64,000 bases of DNA, from positions 96,001-160,000 of the IMG/VR virus record IMGVR_UViG_3300017987_000006, one strand, 5' to 3'. The position numbers and the translations under genes were made by a program. Below, one piece after another: positions 17,730 through 27,153 of this stretch; position 1 is the stretch's first letter; every line of letters begins with the position of its first letter. Source of the DNA: a virus. The notes under the pieces are model-generated. The model was not told where the DNA came from. It made no database searches and worked only from the letters and a program-made list of their open reading frames with translations.

Positions 17730-18720
17730 AGCTTACTCTCCAGTTGCTGAAAGTTTCTGCTGTTCTTGCTGTTGTCTCAAGTTCATCTGCTGTCATGTCG
17801 TCTGGTTGAGCGTTGTCTGGTAGATGCCTTGGGTACTCACACACACGTACGCGGTGGCTTCGTGAGAGAACCTTTCCTGCTGCACACACTCCATCTCTGG
17901 CCTGCTCCGTGTTATCGAGGAAGATGTAGATCGTTGCGGCAAGCCGTTGCAACAATCTCCTCTGCATGAACGACAGGTATGTCCCCATCAGGGCCACGGT
18001 GTACTCATAGCCGTGTTGGATCAGCCACAGAGCTGCCTTGAAACCCTCCACGATGAAAACGTCAATCTTCCCGCAACTCTCATCCCGCATCAAGGGGTAA
18101 ACACGATGCATGTTCCACAGGTAGTTTTTCTTCTGAAAATCGTACCCTTTGTAGTCCTCGGAGTACTTGATCAGGTCCGGTTCCTTGTAGAACTTGTACC
18201 GCGGCACCTCATCGATCACCGTCCTTCCGGATATCCCCACCAGCGCACCGAGATGATTCCTGATCGGAAACGTGATACGCATCTCTTCCTTATCGAACCC
18301 CACCTCGTATTCTTGCAGCACCTTCTTATCGAAGCCGGCATCCACCAAATCTACCGGGTGATAGTCGAAGATTCCCAGGAGCCCCTCGTTCAGCACCATC
18401 TGCTCACGAATCGGATCGGACCTGCCAATCTTCTCGTCTTTTCTGGTGCGCTTGGTAAGCTCTGGGCCGGCGCGATCCATGATGACGGCTCTCAGCTTTC
18501 TGGGCGCTCCAATTTCCTTCAGGAAGGTGTACAGAGATCCCTTGATCTGACAGCCGTGACAGATGAACATTCCAGTCTCGGTGGACATGTAGAACGCACC
18601 CTCCGTCTTCTCGACGTGGAACGGGCACGCGCCATAAATGTTCCGCCCATCGCTAGTGGTCTTCCACCACTTCAAGTACCGTGTGCCTACATCCTCAATC
18701 AGCTTCTTCAGATCGCTCAT
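17662..18720 (-). CDS. dnaG: DNA primase (CHC2 Zn finger + TOPRIM)
   Basis: CPFH...CHGC; FPIRNHLGALVGISGR; IVEGF; FLDN; likely start MSDLKK at 18720. Confidence 0.9.
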   Translation of the reverse strand: MSDLKKLIEDVGTRYLKWWKTTSDGRNIYGACPFHVEKTEGAFYMSTETGMFICHGCQIKGSLYTFLKEIGAPRKLRAVIMDRAGPELTKRTRKDEKIGRSDPIREQMVLNEGLLGIFDYHPVDLVDAGFDKKVLQEYEVGFDKEEMRITFPIRNHLGALVGISGRTVIDEVPRYKFYKEPDLIKYSEDYKGYDFQKKNYLWNMHRVYPLMRDESCGKIDVFIVEGFKAALWLIQHGYEYTVALMGTYLSFMQRRLLQRLAATIYIFLDNTEQARDGVCAAGKVLSRSHRVRVCEYPRHLPDNAQPDDMTADELETTARTAETFSNWRVSYERRLRLRRRTRLPAELRTRTR

Positions 18721-20173
18721 CTTCCTTCTCTTTCTCAAGGCTGAGTTGGCGGCCTCTTTGCTTGAAGGCGCGCTCTTCTTCCTTGGCTTGAGCAATTTCT
18801 TCAGCTCGGAAACGTGCGAGTACTTGCCGATGTGACTCGAAGATCTGAGTCATCTGAAATTTGACGGCAGGGACGGCCACAAGCTCGAACCCAGCCATTT
18901 TGATCTCTCTCGCTCCAGAAATGATTACCGATAGGAGTGTGTCTCCGTCATCGCTCTCAGTTTTGATCACACGTAGGGCCAGATCACACGCCTGAGCGAA
19001 GGCGTCACTGTATGCGATCTCCGCCATCGTAGACCCTTTGGTTTCCTCCCCAAGCCGGTTGGCCTGGGAAGTCGCCAGCAAAGGGATCTTGTACTCGCGG
19101 GCTATCTCTTTCAGTCCGTAGGCGATCTCGCCCTTGTCCTGGTACATCACGCCCGATCCCTTCTTGACAGCCTGGATCAAGTAAACGGAATCGGCGCATA
19201 CGATGTCCGGCTCGAACTCCTCGATCTTGGCCCGCAGCTCCATCAATCCGCTCGCGGAGCTATTGCCCCACCCGCTGGTGAACAGCACAGACCGATTACG
19301 GTTCTTCTGCTTGAAGATCCGTGTCTCCTCCTCCTTCAGGTGCTGCACCGTGTCGACCAGCGTGGCCTCGTCCTCAGCAGACAGCTTTCCATTGCGAAAG
19401 GCCTGGTAGTCTACTCCGATCATGCGTGCCACGAAACGTGTCCGTAGCTGCTGCGGTGCCATCTCCTTGGTGAAGACAAGGACGCGACAATTGTGGTGAA
19501 GGTAACACTCCACGGCCACGTCCATGAGCAACCACGTCTTTAGGCTCTTCGGCCTGCCGTACAGCAGGATGAACTCCGTGTTCAGCATGCCCCTGGTCTG
19601 TTCGTTCAACGGGTGAAACTGCTGACCCGTCTTCTTTGAGACCTTTGGCTTGCCGCTCTTCGTGTGGTACCCCCACCCCATCGGGTATGGAATACCCAGA
19701 TACCCAAGTTGATCTTTCGCCTGGTAGTACTCTCGCAGGATGTCACCGCTGGAGTCCGCGAGGATTTCATCGTCTCCGACCTCGCTGCCGGCGGCTATGG
19801 ACTTCGCATCCTGGTACATGCACTGGACGGCCCCTCGCGGGTCATCCTCGTACATGTCCTTGATCTTATCGTTGATCTCTTCCACCCTCCCCCGGACCCA
19901 TTCGTCCCGAACCTCCTGACACAGGGCCTCGATGGTCATGTGCTCTGGAGGGTCCGGGAGGTCGAGTGTGGGGTACTGGTTCAATACCATGTCCAGGGTC
20001 GGAACTGAGTTCCTGGTCTTCTTACCCTGAAAGTAGTCGATCAAGTAGTTGTAGAGAAGCCGCCCGTCATCGGTGCGGAACATCTCATACCTGATCCCCT
20101 CGTGCATCATGGTCTTCATGCCGCCGGTCTCGATGACCTTCGACAGAAGGAGAAGCTCGTAGTGACTTGCCAA
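18695..20173 (-). CDS. dnaB: Replicative DnaB-like helicase
   Basis: Walker A GRPKSLKT, EM..QQL..R, ADSVYLI, ATSQANR, IAYSDAFAQACD. Confidence 0.85.
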   Translation of the reverse strand: MASHYELLLLSKVIETGGMKTMMHEGIRYEMFRTDDGRLLYNYLIDYFQGKKTRNSVPTLDMVLNQYPTLDLPDPPEHMTIEALCQEVRDEWVRGRVEEINDKIKDMYEDDPRGAVQCMYQDAKSIAAGSEVGDDEILADSSGDILREYYQAKDQLGYLGIPYPMGWGYHTKSGKPKVSKKTGQQFHPLNEQTRGMLNTEFILLYGRPKSLKTWLLMDVAVECYLHHNCRVLVFTKEMAPQQLRTRFVARMIGVDYQAFRNGKLSAEDEATLVDTVQHLKEEETRIFKQKNRNRSVLFTSGWGNSSASGLMELRAKIEEFEPDIVCADSVYLIQAVKKGSGVMYQDKGEIAYGLKEIAREYKIPLLATSQANRLGEETKGSTMAEIAYSDAFAQACDLALRVIKTESDDGDTLLSVIISGAREIKMAGFELVAVPAVKFQMTQIFESHRQVLARFRAEEIAQAKEEERAFKQRGRQLSLEKEKEDERSEEAD

Positions 20174-20182
20174 CGGCTCCTC

Positions 20183-20506
20183 CTATGCGGGGCTCAGGTA
20201 TTCGATTTTCCCTTTGTTGTAGACCCGGGGAGTTCCGTCCACCTCTACACCGAGGGTGTAGCGATCGGTGTAGAGCAGCTTCCCGACGATCGGCTCTGAC
20301 AGAGAGTCCGGTAGGAATTCTACCTCCCTGCCGATCCAGCCCTTCACCCGGCTGTGCCAGTTGTCGTCCACCTGGAGGATGTCCCGCAGCTTGTGGACCA
20401 CGACCTTCAACTGCGAGACCGACTCCCTCAGATTTTTGAACTCGTTGTAGAAGTGCCCGATGTTGATCTTGGGCGGCCTTCTCTTCTGACCATTATTCTC
20501 GGTCAT
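20183..20506 (-). CDS. Sm/Hfq-like fold protein with N-terminal coiled coil
   Basis: C-terminal IVGKLLYTDRYTLGVEVDGTPRVYNKGKIEYLSP aligns by eye to Hfq LQGQIESFDQFVILL...MVYKHAISTVVP. Confidence 0.55.
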   Translation of the reverse strand: MTENNGQKRRPPKINIGHFYNEFKNLRESVSQLKVVVHKLRDILQVDDNWHSRVKGWIGREVEFLPDSLSEPIVGKLLYTDRYTLGVEVDGTPRVYNKGKIEYLSPA

Positions 20507-20517
20507 GCTGCACCTCC

Positions 20518-21720
20518 TTACGCGGCGCGAGCCATGTACTCTCCAGCCAGCTGCTCCAGCTCGAACCGCTTGTCCATGTCCTTTTCCTCTTGCGAAGCTC
20601 GGGAGATGGCTTGGAAGATGCCGTAGCGGTTGTGCAGGGGCTCGATGGCGAAGACCTCCTTGGCTCGGTCCTGGAATGTCTGCGTTGTCTTCTTCCGGTT
20701 CAGGAACTTCAGCATCTCAGCTTCGGGATCTTCCACGGGTTGGTCCTGCAGCGCAACCATCATCTTCTGGTTCTTGGAGATGACGGTCGGGAGCTTGCTG
20801 AGAGAATCGTCCAGCAGCGTGTCGATGGCGTCATCGCTGATGCCGCGGTGCATCCGGTAGAGGATGCGACCATCTGACACCGTCACGATGGCACCGTTCA
20901 AGCAGACCAACCTGAACGTTGAGGCGTCGATCGTGACGGCCGTGTACCCCACCTCAGAGTTACGCAGGTGGAATCCTTGGTGGACGATGTCGTTCTCCGG
21001 CAGCAGGCCCTCAGCTTCGGCCGCGTTGTAGAAGCGGCGCACCTGCTCGTTGGGATGGTTCCTGTCGATAGGTCCCAGGTTGGTCTCTTTCGTCACTACC
21101 GTGTAGTGGCTGGACTTGTCGCAGTGAAAGCCCGTGCCGAATCGGTTCTTCATGAACCGCATCTCGTTGGTGTTGATCCGCTTGTTGCGGCTCATCCGGT
21201 CGAAGATTCGAACATCGTCGATGGCCGAGTACGTTGGGCTCAGGATGGCCCTGACGAACCCGTTCGCGTCGCCGTTGCCGGGGTCGTCCTTGTCGTACCG
21301 ACGCGCTCTGATCTTTCTCGTATCGTGGGTGCGGGAAAACCGTCGGTGCAGCTCCTGCTGGATCTCCTCTGCCTTGATGTGCTCCGGGTCGAACCACTTG
21401 CCCCAGTTCACGCCCAGAATCGATCCGAGCTGGCGTTGCGCCCAGTCGGTCATCGAGAGGCGGCCCAGCTTTGGGACTTCCATGTGAACGCTCGGGAAAA
21501 CCGTGTTTCCATCGGGGACGATGCGAACGTCCTCCAGGTCGACAACCTTGTCCTCGTAGTTGCGCTCGTGCAAGCGGGTGATCATGTTGAACACCGCGCT
21601 AAACTTGAGCATCTTCTTCCGCTTCATCAGCAAGTCCTGTGGGTTCATGAAGGCCCTCTTTTTTTCCTTCGGCCGTGGCCGGTTGTTGGTTGAAAATTGT
21701 TGCTGCCACATCACTCTCAA
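20518..21720 (-). CDS. DUF932-like protein
   Basis: LRNSEVGYTAVTIDASTFRLVCLNG motif; LSPTYSAIDD. Confidence 0.7.
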   Translation of the reverse strand: MRVMWQQQFSTNNRPRPKEKKRAFMNPQDLLMKRKKMLKFSAVFNMITRLHERNYEDKVVDLEDVRIVPDGNTVFPSVHMEVPKLGRLSMTDWAQRQLGSILGVNWGKWFDPEHIKAEEIQQELHRRFSRTHDTRKIRARRYDKDDPGNGDANGFVRAILSPTYSAIDDVRIFDRMSRNKRINTNEMRFMKNRFGTGFHCDKSSHYTVVTKETNLGPIDRNHPNEQVRRFYNAAEAEGLLPENDIVHQGFHLRNSEVGYTAVTIDASTFRLVCLNGAIVTVSDGRILYRMHRGISDDAIDTLLDDSLSKLPTVISKNQKMMVALQDQPVEDPEAEMLKFLNRKKTTQTFQDRAKEVFAIEPLHNRYGIFQAISRASQEEKDMDKRFELEQLAGEYMARAA

Positions 21721-21928
21721 GCAGATCGATGAACTTGGTCATCGCCTCCTGCGTCTCCTTGCTTGCTACTTCGTGCGCCGACATCTTGATCGCCCCGTAT
21801 GGGGTGGACGTCTTCGTGTCCAGGTACTGTGCTGTCAGCTTGATCGTCACACCGATGCCCGTCCTGTTCAGCTCTGCGCTGACGATGGAGACAGCATCAA
21901 ACCGAGGACTCCCTTCGATCTTCTTCAC
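21599..21928 (-). CDS. Hypothetical protein
   Basis: 109 aa, operon-coupled start; its 3' overlap with the next ORF suggests the 20518 ORF may start later. Confidence 0.55.
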   Translation of the reverse strand: MKKIEGSPRFDAVSIVSAELNRTGIGVTIKLTAQYLDTKTSTPYGAIKMSAHEVASKETQEAMTKFIDLLESDVAATIFNQQPATAEGKKEGLHEPTGLADEAEEDAQV

Positions 21929-22287
21929 TTCTTCTTTCCTTCCAGGTATTCACGCAGATACTTGTTCAGGTTTCGTGCGAGGAACTTGTGCGCTAGGTGC
22001 GCAGCACTCTCGTTGGCCACTTCAATCTCCGCTACGGACTGTCCACACGACAGCTTGATGAAGCATGTCGATTCGATGGACATCCCCTTGTCTTCTCCGA
22101 GCCTCCAAGGTTTGACGCCCAGCGTGACACCGACTTCGGCCGGGCCGGGGGAGATGTCGAAGTGCTCCCAGTCCGTCTTCCGATCATCTAGGACAACCTC
22201 TCCGTTCTTCTTGACCGTTGTGTGCTGCTGCGCTGGTCCAAGTTGCCGCCGCTTGAACTTTCTCATAGCACCAGCGCCTTCGGGCAT
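21925..22287 (-). CDS. Hypothetical protein
   Basis: 120 aa in the operon; start may be the internal ATG (MRKFK). Confidence 0.6.
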   Translation of the reverse strand: MPEGAGAMRKFKRRQLGPAQQHTTVKKNGEVVLDDRKTDWEHFDISPGPAEVGVTLGVKPWRLGEDKGMSIESTCFIKLSCGQSVAEIEVANESAAHLAHKFLARNLNKYLREYLEGKKK

Positions 22288-22727
22288 CCTGCGATGAGCG
22301 AGAGCGTCGGCGGCTTCTCGCTGTAGGCTTTGAAGGCCTTGTCACGGTCCAGCTCGCCCTGCCGGATCATTTGATCGAGCCTCTCCTCATCCACAAGGTA
22401 CGTGACCTTCTCCGTCAAGAAGTGCTGAGAGATCCTAGCCGGAAACAGCCGTGCCAGCTCGGTCCCATCCCAGACCTGGGTACGCTTCTTGAGTGCCCCC
22501 AGCGGCCCGATGATGAGCTTCTTCTTGTCCGAGTTCTTCAGCTCCGCCTTGATGGAGGTCGTTGCCTCCTTGAGCGAGACGTTGTAGTCGTCCACGAGAG
22601 AGCGCAGCTCGTCCATGAAGTCGTCGTTGTCATCCATGAACTCGTGCAGCGCGTCTCGTGCTTTCTCGAAACGCTTGACCGCCCCTTTGGCGGTCTCGGC
22701 TCTACGCCGATTCGGTCGTTTTCTCAT
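22263..22727 (-). CDS. Hypothetical coiled-coil protein
   Basis: Likely start MRKRP at 22727, overlapping the UDG stop (ATGA). Confidence 0.6.
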   Translation of the reverse strand: MRKRPNRRRAETAKGAVKRFEKARDALHEFMDDNDDFMDELRSLVDDYNVSLKEATTSIKAELKNSDKKKLIIGPLGALKKRTQVWDGTELARLFPARISQHFLTEKVTYLVDEERLDQMIRQGELDRDKAFKAYSEKPPTLSLIAGCPKALVL

Positions 22728-23491
22728 GTGAGCAGTCCTCCTTGCACTAGAAACATATCGCGCATTTTGTATCCTCGATCGGGCATGGGAGTGTCCCAGT
22801 ATACCTGCCGAAGTTTGTCTAGCAGGTAGGCCGCGCGCCTCCACGCAACCAGGGCCTGGCCCCATACTCCTATCTTTCTCTTGTCCCCGCTCCGCGCGAG
22901 AAAAGCGGGGTGATACATCGACATCACCGGGTAGGTGACGTCGGTCGCCTTGCCGCGGATAACGCAGTGCTGCACCTGTCCTTGGACGTTCCGCATCGTG
23001 ACTGAGCGCTGACCCGTCACCTCGAGCACGGCGGGCTTACCCATCGCCACTACCAACAGTGGATCAATCTCGTACAGGACCTCCTCCCAGAACGGCCGAC
23101 AAGCAGCCCGCTCCTTACTGGACGGGTCCCTGTTCTCTTCTCGCTTACGACCAGATCTCTCATCGGTGGAGATGGAGAACGGACGACACTGGACAATGTT
23201 CATCACGAACACGCTTCTGCGATCTATCTTCACGGCCTCCAGGTACTCATTGAGGATGTCTCCCGAAGGTCCTATGAAGGGAGCGCCTTCGAGATCTTCT
23301 TCCTCCCCCGGGCCGATGCCGATGATGACCATGTCCGCATCGACGTTTCCATCCGGCATTACGATTCTTCCAGCAGTGCCGTCCGTTTTGAGTTTCTTTT
23401 GCTCTCGCAGCTCTCCAAGTCCGCACTTTGTACACCCGCGCCATTTCCTAAAAATGGAGAGCACCCTCTGCTCTCTTTCGGTTGGGCTCAT
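22724..23491 (-). CDS. udg: Uracil-DNA glycosylase family 4-like
   Basis: CTKCGL, GxGPG..ED..G.PFIGPSG, NIVQCRP, NRDP, AC, YHPAFLAR. Confidence 0.85.
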   Translation of the reverse strand: MSPTEREQRVLSIFRKWRGCTKCGLGELREQKKLKTDGTAGRIVMPDGNVDADMVIIGIGPGEEEDLEGAPFIGPSGDILNEYLEAVKIDRRSVFVMNIVQCRPFSISTDERSGRKREENRDPSSKERAACRPFWEEVLYEIDPLLVVAMGKPAVLEVTGQRSVTMRNVQGQVQHCVIRGKATDVTYPVMSMYHPAFLARSGDKRKIGVWGQALVAWRRAAYLLDKLRQVYWDTPMPDRGYKMRDMFLVQGGLLT

Positions 23492-25350
23492 TCTTGGTCT
23501 CTCCGAGGCTTGAGCGTTTTGAATTCATACGGGCCGCCTTCATCCGACGGCCAGCGCCTCAGCTGCAGCTTCAGTTTGTTGCACATCCTGTGGAAGAGAT
23601 AGATATAGACATCGTCGTAGATCACCACGAGCGGATTCTTCATCCCTTCGTGGTGGCGATACCCCTGGATCCGCCCCATCCCCTGCTGCAGCGCGTTCTT
23701 TCCTCCTTCCGGGTGTTGTGAGCCGAATGGCGTCATCCAGAACAACGTGTCCAGGCTGTCTTCGTCGATGGCCTCCATCACCAGCTGGTGTGTTCCAAAG
23801 ATCAGCTGCTTCGTTCGGAGCGCTTCCCACCTCTCTTTCACCTTCACTGAGCCTGTGCAGATACCTGTTGAATATCCCTCCTCCAAGAACTTGGCGTGCA
23901 TCAGACGAAGGTGGTCTACGCTGTGACTCAGCGCCAGCACCTTTCGTCCTGCCGCGATAGCATCTCGCAGGTCTTTGGCGATGTACTCGTTGCGTTCTTC
24001 CATCCTGCCGACGTATGATCGCAGCAGTCCTATGTTGGGCTTTCCGGCCTTGTCGATGACGTACTCGTTGTAGTCTGCTGGGGATATCTGAAATAGCGTT
24101 TGACGGAAACGGATGTCTGTGGGGACGTCCTGTGACAGGTCTTTGTGGAATGGTTCGCCGAGGTGGTAGTTGTAGACCACCTCGGTGCCGTCTTCGCGGT
24201 TCACCGTAGCGCTGAGCCCGAACCTCCGACCGCAGAACATTGTCGCGGTGATACAGAAGTACGGGGCCGCTAAATGATGACAGTTGTGGACTACTACATT
24301 GGACGAGCTTACTTGGTAGGTAGGGGTTCCGCCGATTTGGAGATTGTATACAAGACCGTTTGGACAACGTCCTCCAAATGTTCCATCGGGCGTAGAGTCT
24401 ACCCGCCGGACAGCCTTCACCTTTTGCTTCTGCGCAGAGCACAGCACCGTGTCATCGCTGCTTAAAGCCAAAGCAGGGACCCACCCTCTGGCGGTCCAGA
24501 ACGGGTGCTTTGGCGTACAAACGATCTCTACTCCGTCTATGAGGACAGAGACCAGTGCGTGTGGACGCGATACGAAGATCCTTTCAATAGGCCGCTTCGA
24601 GAACAATCCCATGTGTTCATCAAACGACCAAACTAGATCTCCCACTCTTCGCCTCTCTATTGGCACACCATCAACCAGAGTCCCGGCTACAAAGCACTCA
24701 TCCCATATGATAGTCCCAAACCATCTACGCATCTCTGGAGTTACCTGATCGGCATACTTTGCCAGTGTGTGCAGCGTGGCGACAACGATTGGCCGTTTCC
24801 AAGTCCACCTGCTGGGACTCCCACGGATCAATCCGATTCCGCCATCGAACTCCAAAAATTCCCTGATCTTCTCTTCCCACTGATCAAGTATCGTCGTCTG
24901 GTTTACGATGACTAGGGCGTTGTGCCCGAAGTGGGCGATGGCGTGCAACGCGATTGTTGTTTTTCCTTTCCCACAATTTAGGTTCAGCAGCCCGTTGTCC
25001 GCCTTGATGAATGCGGCGAACGCTTTGCGCTGCGTGTCCTTGTCCGGCTGCAGCTTGTCCAGGACGACGTTGCTCTTGAACACCGCCCGCGGGAAATTCC
25101 CTGGCGTGATGTCTACGATGGGGAATGTCAGCTGGCCGTACGTGTCGGGAGGAACATACTCTCGCGGCACAGCGATGTGGTGTGGGCTGTCCTCCCAGAG
25201 CTGAAGGAACTCCATCCCCTCTTCTCCGCTGACCTCGAACTCCAAACTGGCCTTGATCGATATCGTGTTGACGTGCTTCTTAGGAAGCCACATCCGTGTC
25301 CCCAGGTACGCCCTTTCGGGGTCCCTGACGATGAATTTGAAACCTTCCAT
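23488..25350 (-). CDS. SF2 DExH helicase containing a mini-intein
   Basis: LNCGKGKT, WDE|CHH, GLSATVNRED, QQGMGRIQ; likely start MEGFK at 25350 (RBS GGAGG); ORF track start is 25422. Confidence 0.85.
   Translation of the reverse strand: MEGFKFIVRDPERAYLGTRMWLPKKHVNTISIKASLEFEVSGEEGMEFLQLWEDSPHHIAVPREYVPPDTYGQLTFPIVDITPGNFPRAVFKSNVVLDKLQPDKDTQRKAFAAFIKADNGLLNLNCGKGKTTIALHAIAHFGHNALVIVNQTTILDQWEEKIREFLEFDGGIGLIRGSPSRWTWKRPIVVATLHTLAKYADQVTPEMRRWFGTIIWDECFVAGTLVDGVPIERRRVGDLVWSFDEHMGLFSKRPIERIFVSRPHALVSVLIDGVEIVCTPKHPFWTARGWVPALALSSDDTVLCSAQKQKVKAVRRVDSTPDGTFGGRCPNGLVYNLQIGGTPTYQVSSSNVVVHNCHHLAAPYFCITATMFCGRRFGLSATVNREDGTEVVYNYHLGEPFHKDLSQDVPTDIRFRQTLFQISPADYNEYVIDKAGKPNIGLLRSYVGRMEERNEYIAKDLRDAIAAGRKVLALSHSVDHLRLMHAKFLEEGYSTGICTGSVKVKERWEALRTKQLIFGTHQLVMEAIDEDSLDTLFWMTPFGSQHPEGGKNALQQGMGRIQGYRHHEGMKNPLVVIYDDVYIYLFHRMCNKLKLQLRRWPSDEGGPYEFKTLKPRRDQE
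24283..24696 (-). mobile_element. Mini-intein (138 aa, no endonuclease) in the helicase DExH motif
   Basis: CFVAGTLV...CTPKHPFWT...VYNLQI...VVVHN|C; extein reads WDE-CHH. Confidence 0.9.
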
Positions 25351-25366
25351 CCGGCCTCCAGGTGCT

Positions 25367-25404
25367 CTCCCCAGGTCTGGAGAATACTCCCCAGGTCTGG
25401 GGAG
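25367..25404. repeat. Tandem 14-nt direct repeat CTCCCCAGGTCTGG; second copy extends into a hairpin
   Basis: Copies at 25367-25380 and 25387-25400; CTCCCCA-GGTC-TGGGGAG at 25387-25404. Confidence 0.8.
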
Positions 25405-25432
25405 AGCTATCCGTTCTTCCAAGTCCCTGAAA

Positions 25433-25774
25433 TTAGAAGCGCCACCAGCTGAAGAAGTCCTCGATCTCTCTACCGGCCTCCCTACATGCTCCTGTAGCGA
25501 TCATGCAGAACAGGTGCTTCGCCGGGCTCCTTCCTTCTGGGATCTCCCGCGGTCGCTCGATATTATCGTATCTGCGTCTGGAATGCTCCATCCTGGGTTC
25601 ACTCCGCTGTACCGGAATGCTTGTTCCTCGTCTCTTCTCTCGGACCTTTTCGCCGCACGACCTGAAATAGTCACACCGCTGACAGTCGTAGGACCCGGGA
25701 TCAAAATACTGGTCCCTACCGTAGCAGTCCAGCTCCCTCTCGGCCGGGTATCGATCGCTGTATCTCAGTCCCAT
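25433..25774 (-). CDS. Small Cys-rich (Zn-binding) hypothetical protein, first gene of the leftward operon
   Basis: CYG...CQRCDYFRSC; RBS GGAGG. Confidence 0.65.
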   Translation of the reverse strand: MGLRYSDRYPAERELDCYGRDQYFDPGSYDCQRCDYFRSCGEKVREKRRGTSIPVQRSEPRMEHSRRRYDNIERPREIPEGRSPAKHLFCMIATGACREAGREIEDFFSWWRF

Positions 25775-25801
25775 TCTTCCTCCTAGAAGTAGTTGATTCA
25801 G

Positions 25802-25834
25802 TGTCGGAAGCCTTATACCGACATTTTCTAGTTT
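25802..25834 (-). promoter_or_regulatory. ATAAG-type putative phage promoter inside an inverted repeat
   Basis: Minus strand CTAGAAAATGTCGGTATAAGG, about 38 nt before the 25774 start; TGTCGG/CCGACA inverted repeat at 25802-25823. Confidence 0.5.
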
Positions 25835-25845
25835 CTTTTGGCTTC

Positions 25846-25875
25846 TTGACGTTTTAGATCTAGGGCGGTTAGGAT
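25846..25875 (+). promoter_or_regulatory. Sigma70-like promoter
   Basis: TTGACG-18-TAGGAT upstream of 25908. Confidence 0.5.
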
Positions 25876-25907
25876 GTAGGGCATCGCCTCAGACCAGGAG
25901 CTTTAGA

Positions 25908-27140
25908 ATGATCAACGCCCTGCTGGATATGTACGACGACCCCTCCGGCATCGTTCTCAAAGAGAAGGTCGCTTCGCTGGAGGATGTACCGGAGTTTATC
26001 AAGCAGGCTGAGCGCCTGGACCGAGAGACGCTGGACAAGCTACCTGATGACGTCTTCGCCCTGGTCATGCTGGACAGCGGAGACAAGATGCGTAAGTACG
26101 CCTGCACCGACAAGGGAAACACCGCCCTCTCAGTGCTCTACTTCATGGAGACCAAGAACAACCTTCCGGCGGAGGCTCAGAAGACAGCGGCGAAGAATCT
26201 GATGGAGGCCTGTCGATGGTACAGCATGGAGCCCCCCGCCGAACTTGAGAAGACCGCCCTTCTCGGCCCGGCGATGGGAGCAGTAACCCTTGGCATGGGG
26301 GCAATGGAAGGCAACCGCCGATACAAGCAGCGCAAGGCGGCGCTTCAGCAGGGTGCAACGGGGTCGCAGATCATGAAGATGAGCGAGATGGGAGCCAACA
26401 TCATGCCCAAGACCAAGGTACCTGAGAAGACGGCCTCCCTGAAGCCCCACGTCGACATCACGGGCAAGCACCCACCGCAGCAAGTAACCCAGGAGACCGG
26501 AAGGTTCTACGCGCTCACCAAGGAGGGTGGGGCCCGATACCCAATCGACACCATGGGTCAAGTCCAGAAGGCGATCACGTATTTCGAGAAGTACGCCGAG
26601 CGCTTCACACCTCCTGATCGCCACCTCTTCTGTGCGAACGTGTCTCGGAGGGCGGACGAGCTCGGCGTACCCGTGACTGAGAAGATCGCCAAGTACGGAG
26701 CGTCCACCATGGCCCAGGATGCCCCCGTAGCGATTTATCAGCGCCAGAGGATGTTCCGTGAGGGGACCAGCGAGCACGGCCTACTGCAAGAGATGCGCGA
26801 GAAGTGTGCCTCGATCAAGCCCGAGTTCCTGGCGGTCACGCTGGAGAACTTTGATAAGCAGGCGGGGCTGGACAGGCTGTGGGACAACGGTCTGCCAGAT
26901 CCGTACTACTCGATCTTCGGTGTGGAGAAGCGAGCTGAGTACAGCTTCACCACCGCGAACGACACGATCAACGAAACACGCTTGAAACGCTGCGCCAAGG
27001 AGTGTAAGAAGCAGGTCCAAGATCTGTTCAACGAGGATGTGGCGGAGGAATTTTCCAAGGACCCGGTGCAGATTTTCGATTCCCTTCCCCTGGACCAAAA
27101 GCGTATTATCATGCGACTGGCATCCCAGGTCGAAGAATAA
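25908..27140 (+). CDS. Virion morphogenesis protein with two YP(I/x)D-type small domains and KxA motifs
   Basis: LDKLPDDVFALV..RKYACTD and ARYPIDTMGQVQKAITYF resemble the domain in 62913..63899. Confidence 0.65.
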   Translation: MINALLDMYDDPSGIVLKEKVASLEDVPEFIKQAERLDRETLDKLPDDVFALVMLDSGDKMRKYACTDKGNTALSVLYFMETKNNLPAEAQKTAAKNLMEACRWYSMEPPAELEKTALLGPAMGAVTLGMGAMEGNRRYKQRKAALQQGATGSQIMKMSEMGANIMPKTKVPEKTASLKPHVDITGKHPPQQVTQETGRFYALTKEGGARYPIDTMGQVQKAITYFEKYAERFTPPDRHLFCANVSRRADELGVPVTEKIAKYGASTMAQDAPVAIYQRQRMFREGTSEHGLLQEMREKCASIKPEFLAVTLENFDKQAGLDRLWDNGLPDPYYSIFGVEKRAEYSFTTANDTINETRLKRCAKECKKQVQDLFNEDVAEEFSKDPVQIFDSLPLDQKRIIMRLASQVEE

Positions 27141-27153
27141 AGGAGAGATCACG

